Under the pieces are notes generated by a model. It saw nothing but the letters and a program-made list of their open reading frames with translations, did not search any database and was not told where the DNA came from. DNA of 64,000 nt from positions 992,001-1,056,000 of the forward strand of contig NEEC01000012.1 in assembly GCA_002189035.1 (NCBI GenBank). The letters are read 5' to 3'. The DNA is from Utricularia gibba (Eukaryota > Plantae > Magnoliophyta). Shown piece by piece: positions 1 to 12,197 of this stretch. Position 1 is the first letter of the stretch. Each line of letters starts with the position of its first letter. A program made the translations under genes and the position numbers.

Positions 1-614
1 GAGAAAATTTTACTCTCCTTGGATAAGAAATACAATCATATTGTCATTGCAATTGAAGAAGCCAATTATATTAATGAATTAACATTGGATGAACTTGATG
101 GATTGCTCCAAGCATATGAGGAATGCTTGAAGTAACATGATGAGGCTGGTGCACAACTTCTACAGGTTAAAACCTTTGAGAGTGGAAAGACCACTTGAGA
201 ATGAGGCAAGGGTCGAAGTCATGGCAGAGGTCGTGGAGTTGGATGCAGAACACGACCTCTACTGATCAGAACAATGAAAATATTGACGGTTCATGCAGTA
301 GGGGCCGCTAGAATTGGAAAGGAAGGGGAGGAAGGAGAAATTAGGCCGAGACATTCAAACATGTTGATAAATCAAATGTTGATCATTATACTTGTCATCA
401 GAAGGCTCATTATTCATCGGAATGCAAGAGTGATATTGAGAAGCAGTCTAGTGCTGTGCAAGAAATTCACAAAGTCACAGAAACTGAAACAAGCTCAACA
501 ATTTTTCTTATGACATGCAGAGAAATTGCAGACTCATCCTTTGATTCCAATATTTGGTATTGGAATGCATACCTCAGCAGTCATATATGTGGAAATTAAT
601 CATTATTTCATCAG

Positions 615-858
615 TGTTAAGGGCGAAAATCAGTATGCTAGATTGGGCCGATTTTCGGGTTGTGAGTGGTACCGGAGGCATCGTTTCTTTCCGTCGTTTG
701 TTCGATTTGCTCAAATGAAATGAAAGTAGGCGAGGATTTTTTACGTGGAAACCACTGTGAGGTGGAAAAACCACGGAGTTATTGGAGCTCACCGGAGAAA
801 GTTTTTACTAGATGGAGATGATGGAGAAAGGTACAGGTTGGGAGGTTTTTTTTTATGT
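615..858 (-). repeat. Truncated 3' LTR of the Tat element
   Basis: Aligns with 8856-9095 (about 30 mismatches in ~230 nt by eye, mostly transitions) up to a poly-T run. Nothing matching 9391-9948 follows. Confidence 0.85.
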
Positions 859-1111
859 GCCCCTCCCATTGCTTCTCCCCTTTGTTCACTTTGTTCCCTC
901 GCACGATCCCAGTGCTTTTCAAATCCCACTGTGCTCGTCCTCCACTCCACCGTCGTGAATCCCACCAGGATACAAGGTTTTCATAGGTATCGACCTATTC
1001 TTCCTCCTTTCCACTCAGTTTTGGATGTTGTGGTCACCTTATTTGTGTTTTTTGTTTCTAAGGGCTCCTTCCATTCATTCCCATTTCTATTTGTCGATTC
1101 TTTTGGTTTTG

Positions 1112-2270
1112 ATGGGTAGAAAGTCTAGCGAGCTAAACATTTCCACGATTCGGGCAAAATACTCGATCCCTGGTGAGTATGTTGTCAATCAAGCCAGGGA
1201 TTGGCAGATTCCATGGGGGACGGGGAAGCGACCCCTCCCCTGATTTAGCCTTCCAATTCCCCTAGCTTATCTGGAAAGCAGTCTTCGCTTTCCTCTTCAT
1301 CTCCTCATTGCCCATTTCTTGAACATGTTCGCCACTCCTCTTTTTTGCCTTTCCCCCAATTCAATATTTTGTTTTACCACCTTTCTCTTCTATTTGGCGG
1401 GTTTGGACCCGAATCTGACCCTGGTGGATTTTTTCCAACTTTTTAAAGTCGCTGTCTGTAAAGCTAAACGTCCGATGCATGGTTTTTCTCACTTCCAATT
1501 TTGCCGGTTTGAGGATCACCCCGATTTCATTCTCAAAGCTCCCGATACTCACCATAATTGGTGGACATCCTTTGTTTGAGTTGCTCCTCCGTTTGGGGCT
1601 AGATGGAATTTTCCAATCAAACCCCCACTCCTTTTAAGATAAAACTTTTCAGTCGCTTTCGCCCTTCTAAAGACTCTCGTAGAGATGTATATCAGAGACT
1701 GGCTGAGTGTTCCGTTAGATTCGAGTTTTGAGCCTCAATGCTTTCGTATGCCACCTTATTGACATGTGGCATCGTCGGCTGTAATCAGGACGGGCAATGG
1801 CCCGATTTTCTTATTCCCCCAGGCTCCGCTTTGGAATATCGGCACCTCTTGCAGTCTCCATGTAATGTTCCTTCTAATCCAGCTGCACTCTCCAGCCCCG
1901 ACCCGATACCCCCTTTTCCTTCTGATCTGACTCTTCAGATGGGGAAGGCGATCGACGATGCCAACTCCGAAAAGGAAGACTTTAAGACGCATTCTGAGAA
2001 GGTTGAGGAGGATTTGAAGTAGAGCAAAGAACATGTTTTGGCCTTAGAGGCCGAACTACTCGAGCAATAGGAGTCCCGGAGGGAGGTTTTGGAGAACTTT
2101 GTAAACTCAGCATGCTTCTCCGAGTTGTCGGAGAACGGCGCTAGATCAATAAGGAGTTTGGGCTATCCATTATGGATCCTCGTTTTGACAAGATCAACTT
2201 GTTGACGAAGGACGAGAACATGTTTGACGTTGTCTCGGATATCTCTCCTGCACCTAAATTCGTCTTCGAA
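1112..2270 (+). pseudogene. Degenerate antisense extra ORF of the Tat element (between pol and 3' LTR)
   Basis: Fragmented plus-strand frames (MGRKSSELNISTIRAKYSIPGEY..., LTLVDFFQLFKVAVCK...HHNWWTSFV, coiled-coil-like SEKEDFKTHSEKVEEDLK) lie opposite to pol. This is the position known for Tat/Retand antisense ORFs. Confidence 0.55.
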
Positions 2271-3119
2271 GTGGATCGTGAACACCTAGGTGCACTTATT
2301 TGGGCCAGAGTCAATCGGGAGAATGAAACTAGGCTGTGGGCAAGACTACATGGGCATGTTGGCCCTTCAAATGATCCTCCTTCTCCTGAGCTTAAGTTGT
2401 TTTTTTTACTTTTCTACTATGCAGAAACAACATTCTTTTTCCCCGATGTTGGGGTTTTTGGATCTTTTTGGGAATTCCAACTTAGTTTGCCTAGTTTGTT
2501 TTCTTACTACTTCTTGTTCCGAATTGGTTTACGGTGCCCTTAAAGGGGCTTATATTTGGAGGGTTCACCGATGCCTTTGTGACCTGGGGGTAGGTGTTTT
2601 TGGGTCAGCTCTCGGGCTAGGCTTTTTGATCTTTGCATGCCTTAGGGTTTCCTTGCACGAGCGGGACCGCCGCTAGGGAAGTAGACTAAGACCCCTCATG
2701 TTTTGAGTGACTTCCCCGATCCGATTGGGCCCTCTTCTGGGTAGAATCCCGTTGTTTGGAACATGGGCGGATTTGCTCTGGGTGCTCTTGCCATCTCGAG
2801 ATTGGGTAGTAAGGTTTTGATCTAAGGGATTTTTTAGGGGTTTACACCGATGGTTTTTAGAGAACTGTTGCTCGAGTTATATCGGGGCTTATCCTCATCA
2901 CGGGTGCCCGGGTTTAGAAAAGCATGTGTAAACCAAGGGGGAAACCTTGAGTTGATCTACTGTCCCTGGGAAGGGCCACGGACCTAGAGTCAAGGCTTAT
3001 GACCTAGGTTGGGAGAGATTGCCTGGGCTTACGCAATTCGGCCAGAGCTTGTGTTTTCTAGCCAACTCTCCTCCGCTTTGGAGGAATGTTTTATCGTTTG
3101 AGTGTTCAAAGAAAAGAAA

Positions 3120-6100
3120 TTACCAAATCCAAAGAGGACCCATGATAGATATTGGTGTCCAGATGGCTAGGCATAGAATCTCCTCAAATGTATCGCATTC
3201 CAGGATCTTGGGAGTTCCACACCATCTAACTGCTCTAGTCAATATGCTCCCTTTCCAGTTGCGATCTAATTTTCCCATGTGTCTCTGTGGTTGGATGCTC
3301 CGGAGGATCAAATCTCCTTCCGAGAATTCCCTAAAGGATACAGACTGATTGTAGCTTCGTTGTGTTCTTCTCTGATAAGCCCCTAATTGACTATAAATAT
3401 TTTGTTGCTTTTCTTCCAACAGTTCCAATTCCAGTCTTTGTAAGTCGGCGTCTCCTCCTCATTATAGTGTTCAACCCTGTAGCTCTTCAATGTTAGTTCA
3501 ATCGAACACACTGCTTCCAACCCATAAACCAGCAAGAAAGGAGACTCTTCCGTAGTGGTCTGAGGGGTGGTACGATACGACCACAACACCTCATCCAGCT
3601 GATCCGCCCATGATCCTCCGTAGTCTTCGAGTTTGGTCTTCACACCCTGCTTGAGTGTTCGATTCGTTACCTCCGTAAGGCCATTACTCTGAGGGTGGTA
3701 CACCGAAGTGAAGTTATGCTTGACTGAATATTTGTTTAAGAATGCGTCCATTGTTCCTCCCGCAAATTAGGTCTCATTATCGGTCACTAGTTCTCGAGGA
3801 ATCCCAAACCGGATGAAGATGTTTCTCCAAAGAAATCGGATAACCATCTCCTCTGATATCTTAGTCACAGATTCGGCCTCCACCCATTTGGAAAAATACT
3901 CGACTCCTACGATAACAAATTGTTTTTGACCTGACGTTTGGGGGAATGATCCCATAATATCTACCCCCCATTGTTCAAATGGGCATGAGAGTGGAAGAAC
4001 GGTCAGATCGTTTACCTGTTCTCTCGGAATGTTGGCGTGGTATTGGCACACCTTACACTTCCTCACCATTTCAGGAATATCGTGCTTCATGGTTGACCAA
4101 TAATATCCACTTCTCAAAGCCTTGCGGCATAAGGATCGCACACCAATGTGAGCTCCACACTCTCCCTTATGCAAGTCGGTTATAAGTTCTTGAGAGTGCT
4201 CCTTCCCTATACACTTCATTAGGGGTCCGTCAAGGGATCTACGGTAAAGATTCTCGTTCACTAGTGTATATCTCTTCGTCCTAGACTCCAACCATCTGGC
4301 TTCTAGTTTTATTGGTGGTGTTTCTCCTCTTTGTTGGTATCGAATATAGGGTAGGGTCCAATCCTCAAAAAGGTTCAGTTGCGATGAGATGTCGTTCCTT
4401 GGTTGTTGAGTAATATGATTTACTGCCCGCAAGGTTCCTGACTGTGAACCCTACAGCCGGACTGTCACACTTCCCTCCTTTAGTTCCGGAAGCCCTGCGG
4501 CAAACTTGGCGAGACTATCCACGAGTCCGTTTTCCTCTCACGCAACATGGGATAAGGTGAACTCCTTGAAAGTTTTGGCCAGCTTCTTTACCTTGACACA
4601 GTATAGAGCCATGAGGGGGTCATGAGCTTCATATTCGTCCGAATTCTGTCCTTACACAAGCCGTGATATAAATGTTGGAGGGCTTCATATTCGGCCACAT
4701 TGTTTGAGGCGGGGAACAGGAATTTTACCGCGATATAAATGTGTTCCCCATCCAGAATCCAGATGTCTATGCCTCCTTCAACCCCATTGTATGTTGAACG
4801 GTCGTTAATTTCCATAAAACGGTCAATAGGCTGGGTCATCTCAACCACAAAATCGGCAAGTTGTTGGGCCTTGATTCCTGTTCTCGATTTGAACTTGATA
4901 TCCATCATGCTCAATTCGACCGCCCATTTTGCGACCCTTCCAGAAATCTCTGGTCGAGATAGGATACTCTTCAAGGGCTGATTAGTGAATATCATGATGT
5001 GTCGATACTAGAAATATGATTGGAGCTTGGTGGCCGCCATTTTCAAAGCCAAGATGAACTTCTTTATCACTGTATCGAGTTTCGGCTAGCAGCAAGACCT
5101 TGCTCACGTAATACACCACCAAGTGTTTATCTCCCAAGATAGTTTTCAGGACTACACTCACAAGAACGGGGGATATTGATAGGTAAAGCCCTAGGGGCTC
5201 CCCTTCCCTCGGGGAAACTAGAAGCGGAGGCAAGGAGAGATATTCTTTGAGCTTCTCAAAAGCGATTTGTTAGTCTTCGTACCATTCTAAGGCATTTCCC
5301 TTTCTCAACGCCTTGAAGAAAGACGCCGACTTATTGACTGACCGAGATATGAAAGGGGTGAGGGCAGCTAGTTTACCTATAAGGCTCTGGTATTCCTTTA
5401 TGATCCTTGGGGTTGTATTTCACATATTGCCTTAATCTTCTTGGGGTCGGCTTCGATCCCTCTTTCTGTTACGTAGTGTCTGAGGAATTTTCCACTTTGC
5501 ACTCCGAAGTAACATTTCAATAGGTTGAGTTTTAATCCGTATGACCGACATAAATAAAAGCAAGAAGCTAGATAAGCCAAATGATCCTCTTCATTCCTTG
5601 ACTTAACGATCATATCATCTGCATAAACCTCCATTGAAATTCCGATCTCGGAGGAAAAGATTTTGTTCACCAGTCTCTGATAGGTCGCCCCAGCATTCTT
5701 CAGACCAAAAGGCATTGCGACATAGCACTAAACCCTGTCGTTGGTGTAGAAGGTTGTTTTCGGCTGGTCCTTTTTCGCGACGAAAATTTGGTGATACCCA
5801 GAGTAGGTATCCATGGTGCTCAAGAAGCAGGACTCGACATTGGGTTCCACCAGCTTGTCTATCTTTGGTAAGGGATAGGGATTCCTTCACAACAGGTGTT
5901 GAGATCGATGATATCGACACACATTCTCCATTTTCCCCCGAGTTTCGGGACTACGGCTACCCATTCTGAGTATTGGATTTCCCTCACGTAACCGACTTCA
6001 AGAAGCTTCTTTGTTTTCTCCTTAGAGAAGTGTCGTTGCATCTGCCGAATCGGTTTTGCCCACGGATAGGTATCGATGTGATGCTCAGCAATAGATTGAT

Positions 6101-7250
6101 CAATTCCTACGAAATCCACAGCATTATTCCTTAGGGTTTCCGCTAACCTTTTTTCAAACTCGCCTTTTGTGTATCTCCCGATAAGAGCTGCAAGGATTTA
6201 TACCCCACCGGTTCCATGGCTCGCCTAGGAGGTTCCTGGGATTCCTTCTCCACCATCATTACTCTCGGTTTCTTCACGCAGGGGTCATGGCAAGAGGACA
6301 CATAACAAGACTGAGCGGCTGGACGGTCGATATCTAGCATGCAAATTCCCCTAGGTGTTGGGAATTTCACTTTCAAGTGCACAATTGAGGGCAGCATACC
6401 GAATTGGTTGATACCGGGTCAATCGAAGATCACGTTATATGAGACTTTCGAATCTAGAATCAGGAATTCTAATCTTTCGGTCCGGCTTTGCCCTGCCGCA
6501 CTGAACGTTGTTGGGTTTCTTTTAGACATCGTATGTTTCAAAAGCAGCAAAATTTTAAAAATTTTGAGAAACTCCAAACGCAGATCTTGGATGTTCAAAA
6601 TACCTTTTAGATGACTTCATTGTTCACCAACCGCCAATAGTAGACGGCCTTCATGGTATCCACACGTGGAGCACTCCGTCAATAACCTTTTCAAGGTTGT
6701 TAAATGCTGGTCGAATTCCTCAAATGCTAGCAAAGAGAATAGCCCCTTGTGGATCAATCTCAGAGAGCACGAAGAACAATACTCTTGTGAATTCCTCAGG
6801 GAACTTAATATGTGCCAGCCTATCCGTATTTGTGATATCCTCATTTAACAAACACTCTAGCTAGGGAGTTTTTAATTTGAGCATAAGTGCTTAAAGAACC
6901 TCACATTATGATCTCATCATAATTTTTATAGCACATAGATCAAGTAGAAGATTTTATCAATGATAAGATTTTCCAGTGAATTGATTGTCTATAAGAACAC
7001 ATACACCAACAATCGTGATGGGTATGCTTATTTTCCCAACAATTTGCACAGCCTGTTGATCGAATGCATATAACTCCATACGGATCGACGGATATCCCCC
7101 TCTTTAGATGACGCTAGTAGCTCGTCAACTTCCTTTTTCATAATGTTGCAGGAAGACCCTTGATCGATGAGGATCCTCCTCACCGTGGTTCTCCCGCATA
7201 TCCCGGTTACCACCAAAGATTCATTTCGTGCGGCTGCGCCAATGAGAATG
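3120..7250 (-). pseudogene. Tat gypsy pol (PR-RT-RH-second RH-INT), frameshifted
   Basis: RILIDQGSS (PR), MPFGLKNAGATYQRLVN and YADDMIVKS (RT), TNQPLKSILSRPEISGRVAKWAVEL (RH), NNVAEYEAL (second RH), HKGECGAH...CKVCQ and FEQWGVDIMGSFP...VEYFSKWVEAE, YHPQSNGLTEVTNR (INT). Confidence 0.95.
6509..7011 (-). mobile_element. Internally deleted solo LTR (same family as 12198-13697) nested in the gypsy protease
   Basis: Reverse complement of both ends of 12198-13697 (TGTTGGGTTTC... and ...ATACACCAACA). TSD AACGT/ATCGT (4/5). The protease frame rejoins across it. Confidence 0.88.
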
Positions 7251-7859
7251 TCTTTGTTAGAGAAATGGATCTCCTCCGTCTCCCATGCAGCTCTCTCAGA
7301 CTATCATTTCTCGATTTCGAAGATCTCTCCTTTTCTAGCCTCCTCCATATATCTCTTTCGTGATTTCTGGACTCGTCAATCTCGGTCCGCCCAGACACCA
7401 TGTGGATTTCACGGACGTAGGGGGGACTACCCTGCCCTCGATTCGTGTCTCTTGAACTTTCCGGTCTATCTTGGTCCCCTTCGTGGTTTGAGACTTCGCT
7501 AGCTCGCCAGATTCCTCCTATTGGTTTTGGGGGGAACTTCGGGTGTCGGCTGCCCTTGCTTCCCGTCTGGCTATCACGTCCCCTTTTTCGTTCTATCATC
7601 TGTGCAGGGTTCTGTATTGCATTGCTCATTCCACCACCCGTATGATACTACTCGATCATCTCTTCATTATTCGGCAGTTGACGGTGTCGTGTCCCGTGGT
7701 TTTATGTATTTCACAATAGGCCTCAGTTCTGGTTGGTTCCACCTGATATACCTCACGGCGTTTATTCGGTCGAGAGGGCCGGATAGGTTGCACTTCTTGT
7801 TGCGGTGCTGGGTGGATCTCTATGCAACTTTTCATCTCGACCTTGAGGTTGTTTTCAAC

Positions 7860-8777
7860 TCAAATATACTTCATGATTTTTTGTAGCAATTCTCCGAGAT
7901 TCTTTGGTGGGGATTTAGATAGACTTTGACCCAACTTTGACGTTCCCAAGGCCCGCTTCATTATTTGTACCCTTTCCTTCAAATCTAGCTTGACGTCGTG
8001 TGCCATACAGTTGAATCGATCAATGAATTTCTTTAAGCTTTCTCTTCTATGGTCGTACCGAATGGAATACAATGCTGCCTTTAATGGTGGGGCTTTGATA
8101 TTTACAGCATATCGGGTGGTGAAGAGTAGCACCAACTCCCGATAGGATCCCACACTACATGGCTCTAATTGTTTGAACCAGATCTTGGCTCCCTTTTGGA
8201 GCGAGCATATAAACAGCTTACACTTTATGGCTTCCAAATGCTGCACCGTAGCCATCCTCATGTCAAAATCAGTCACGTGAGATATAGGGTCTCCCTTCCC
8301 ATCATATGTGGGCAGCCTATCGGTGACTCTGAATCCCCTTTCAGGCTCTTCTCGAATCAATTCATCCGGGAAGGGATCAAAGCGAAGTGCAGGGGTCTTT
8401 CCCGGATCTAATCCAATTCTCTCTTCAGTTCTTCTTCCCTTTTTTCTAGGACTTCATTACTCACGTCTTTCCTATCCGTTCCGGGCTCATAAATGACTTG
8501 GTTGCGCCTTTTCCTTCGCAGTATCTCCTCCTCGATTTCAGACTCAGTCTCCATGTCCGGGGTATTCTGGAATAAGAGGTTGCTTCTTCGCTCCTAGTGC
8601 AGTTTTGGGTGTTCCCTCTTGGGCGTTGGAGTTCAGACATGAAGGTGTCCTGAAGTCGGCAAGGATTTCTGTTAGCAGGGCCTTCAATTGTTCCCAACTG
8701 GTGATCATAAGACCAAGGTCTTGCACGTCGGCGCTTCCATCATTAGTCGGGTTGGTGGCTATGCTATTTTCCGCCAT
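7860..8777 (-). pseudogene. Tat gypsy gag remnant
   Basis: LPTYDGKGDPISHV...CKLFICSLQKGAKIWFKQL...SYRELVLLFTTRY (retrotransposon gag motif); probable start MAENS just after the PBS. Confidence 0.85.
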
Positions 8778-9102
8778 GATCTGTGCTTAACAGGTGGCTC
8801 TTGTGGATTAGTCGAGTGGGACTGTGGAACGTAGCCCCATGATGGGTGCCAACAATGATAAGGGCAAAAATCAGTATGCCGGATTGGGCCCATTTTTGGG
8901 TTGCAAGTGGTACTAGAGGTATTGTTTCTTTCCTTCATCTGTTTGATTTGCTCGAATGAAATGAAAGTAGGTGGAGATTTTTTACGAGGAAACCACCATG
9001 AGTTGGAAAAACCACGGAACTATTGGAGCTTGCCGGAGAAAGTTTTTATTAGACGGAGATGATAGAGAAAGGTACAGGTTGGGAGGTTTTTTTTTAATCC
9101 AA

Positions 9103-9183
9103 TCCGCCGGCACCTTATGAGAAATCAAAGTCTTTGGGTTCCGGGGGAGTATGGTCGCAAGGCTGAAACGTAAAGGAATTGAC
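9103..9183 (+). rRNA. 18S rRNA gene fragment B (non-functional, 81 nt)
   Basis: TCCGCCGGCACCTTATGAGAAATCAAAGTCTTTGGGTTCCGGGGGAGTATGGTCGCAAGGCTGAAACGTAAAGGAATTGAC matches plant nuclear 18S as recalled, with about one substitution and one G missing. Confidence 0.92.
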
Positions 9184-9340
9184 TGTCCCACATGGGGTTT
9201 TAAAATATCCCGGAAGTGTTTATAAGCAAAGAATGGAACAATTGAGTCCTTCGCGAAGCCTTTCATCTTTTCCATGTCGTCCTCCACTAGTTTCTGTGCG
9301 AAAGAGTTAATCAAATCCATAGCTGAACTCATGTGAAGCC

Positions 9341-9390
9341 CAACCATAAACGATGCCGACCAGGGATCGGCGGATGTTGCTTTTAGGACT
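9341..9390 (+). rRNA. 18S rRNA gene fragment A (non-functional, 50 nt); in 18S it lies directly upstream of fragment B
   Basis: CAACCATAAACGATGCCGACCAGGGATCGGCGGATGTTGCTTTTAGGACT is the 18S segment that normally continues CCGCCGGCACC. Confidence 0.9.
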
Positions 9391-12197
9391 TCTTTTCATA
9401 TATATATTTTAATTATAATAATATTATATGATAAAAATAATTTGAAATATGTTATTAACCAACGATGTCTCAGAGCTCGAATTATTGCCTTAAATTAGCC
9501 TTTAATTGTGCCACAAAGTGGCCATGACGTCTGCTTCTTCCTCAATGGCATTGAGTAGCTTTGGGCACTCCAACTGACGTGCACGCCAAGGAGCATGCCG
9601 AAGCTCCCGTGCCATGACCCCCCGCGCAACCGGTTTCTCAAGCGCCACCCCCGATCACCGAATCGCCGCGCCCCACGCATCCTCGAGCATGGCGTGCGGA
9701 GGACCGACCCGACCGAATCATGAGCTTCGCAGGTGTCAGCTACCTTTTTGCACTAGTGCTATGATCTTGCTTTTCAGACATTCGCCGCCCATTCTACCAT
9801 GATTCAGTTACTCTTCAGATTGAGCCATGCCGCTCTTCTCAGATCCTCTAACAGATATCGATCTGTCAACAGACATTATCTCATCGAAAACCCTGCTTGG
9901 CATCCTTTTTGACAAACTGATTATCCCCAACTGGTTTGTATCCTATCAATCAGCTTGATACTTCTTATGGAAGAAGCTTCTCTATTTGAGGTTTTTTTAA
10001 ACTTCAAGTGGTAGATAGAGGAGATATTTCATTCTCTTTGAAGGATGGCAGTCATAAAATTATCATGGATGTTCTGTACATTTGTGGGTTGAAATGCAAC
10101 ATATTGAGTCTTGGATAATTGCTTGAGAAGGTCTTTGAAATGATTTTAATAGATAATAGGTTGGAAATCATGGTTGAGAAGAAACGGTGAATTGTCAATG
10201 TGCAAATGACATCCAACCATATGTTCTTGTTGAAAATTAATCATGCCTCCCCAATATGACTGAATTTATGCTATGATTCAAAGGCATGCAAATGGCATAT
10301 GAGGAATAGTTATCTAAATTTTGATGATTTTTCTATACTAAGTAGAAGGGACATGGTTAGAGAACAGTCAATTATATCCTATCCCAATCAATTATGTGAA
10401 GTATGTGTTGTAGGAAAGCATGATAGGATTCTGATTCCCAAACATTCCACCTTTCTTGCAACTAAGTGCATGGAACTAATTCATGGAGACGTGTGTGGGC
10501 CTATCAAACCAAGTATACTTGGAGAAAATAATTATTTCCTATTATTTGTTAATGATTACTCTCGGAAGACATTGATTTATCCAATGAAAAAAAAATCTGA
10601 GGTCTTTGGTTTGTTTCAGCAGTTTCATGCCATGGTTGAATGTCAAAGTGGCTTGAAAATCAAGTCTTCAAAGTGATAGAGGTGGTAAATTTATTCCAAA
10701 TGATTTTAATAAATATTGCAAAGAACTTGGTATTCATAGATCTCTTACAACTTCACGAACAGCACAACAAAATGTGGTGGTGAAGCGCAAAAATCATATT
10801 GTTTCGAATATGGCTCACAGGTTACTATACTAAGCAGATGCCTAGTAAATTTTGGTGTTATGCTGTAACTACTGCCGTTTATTTGATGAATAGATCAGTC
10901 ACACAAAGTCTGAATGGTCTAACGCCACAAGAAGCTTGGAGTGGTGTAAAGCCAAGTGTATCTCATATATTTGGATGCATCTGTTATGTTCACATTACTG
11001 ATGCTTTACAAAAAAAAACTTGATGAAAAAGAAGTCTGAAGATGGTCTTTTTTTGCTATGAGCAGAACTCCAAGGGTTATAGAGCCTTTAATCCTGTTAA
11101 AAAAGAAGTGATTTTTATTAGAGATGTCACTTTTGATGAGACATCTAATTGGGGCTGGCAAGCTTCACGATAGGAAATTGATTCCTATATTTACGTTAAT
11201 GACAATGATGAGTAGCAGCCACTACATGCAGGTGATAATAATCTCCAGCATTAAGAATAAATAGTTGTCAATGCCAATGCATCCCAATCCATTCCAAGGA
11301 GGAGAGTTAGAAGTATTCCAAGGTGCTTTGATGACTTTGTCGTGAACTTCCTTGAATCCTTACGTGCAAAAGGAGAAAATTCCAATATTCTGCATGAAGT
11401 GAGCAATTTCTCACACTTTTTCTTTATAGAGATTGATAATTCTAGAATTCAAAGATGCAATCCTAAAATAAGAATGGAGGGATGCAATGGATGAACAAAT
11501 CAGTGCCATTGAGAGGATTAATACCTAGGAATTGGTTGACAAAATTTTGAATAAAACCATCATTGGAGTCAAATGGGTGTATCAAGTTCAAGTCCAAAAT
11601 TGTGGCCAAAGGATACAAATAAAAGGAAGGGATAGATTTTAAAGAGGTCGTTGCTCCAATGGCATATTTGGAGACTGTTCATTTGATTCTGTCCATGGCC
11701 ACTCAACGTGGATGAAAAGTTCATCAAATGGATGTCAAGTCAGCATTTTTGAATAGGGAGTTTGAGGAAGAAATATACATTGAGCAGTCTTTATGATTTG
11801 TGAACAAGTTGCATAGAGATAAGATATAAAGCCCTTATATGGTTTGAAGCAGGCTCCTTATGTTTGGAATATGAGGATTCATTCTTATTTGATAAAATCC
11901 AATTTTCACAAATGTCCTCATCAACATGCCCTGTATTAAAGTGCAGTAAGGAGGTGATATTTTTTCTGAACTATTTATATACGTTGATGATTTGCTCTTA
12001 ATAGGCAGCAATCCTCCAAATTTTGATACTTTCAAGCAAGCCATAAAATCTGAATTTGAGATGTTTGATTTAGATCTGATGAGTTTTTATCTTGGTATCC
12101 AAGTAACACAAAAGGATGAGAGAATTTTTATCTCCCATCAAAGATATGCATAGGGCATTCTAAAACATTTTGGAACTGATTATTGTAAGAAAGATGA

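Larger units (their letters stand above)
615..9948 (-). mobile_element. Ty3/gypsy retrotransposon, Tat clade (second RNase H domain), inserted in the copia protease
   Basis: Flanked by perfect 5-bp TSD ATCAG (610-614 and 9949-9953). Ends are TGTTA/TATCA. 615-858 aligns with 8856-9095. PBS-like TGGCACCCATCATGGGG on the minus strand at ~8836-8852. gag, PR, RT, RH, second RH (FPASNNVAEYEAL) and INT are on the minus strand. Confidence 0.95.
8856..9948 (-). repeat. 5' LTR of the Tat element (contains a 288-bp foreign insert)
   Basis: Adjacent to the PBS, ends at TATCA next to the TSD, and has a TATA-like TATATATATG on the minus strand at ~9398-9407. Confidence 0.85.

Noticed and set aside
859-881. 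Complete 255-bp left LTR ending CCCA with an adjacent PPT
   Set aside because: Its end does not match the true element terminus at 9948, which is defined by the TSD.
9103-9390. Functional rRNA gene or rDNA unit
   Set aside because: Only ~130 nt of 18S, in two reordered pieces, with no flanking rDNA.
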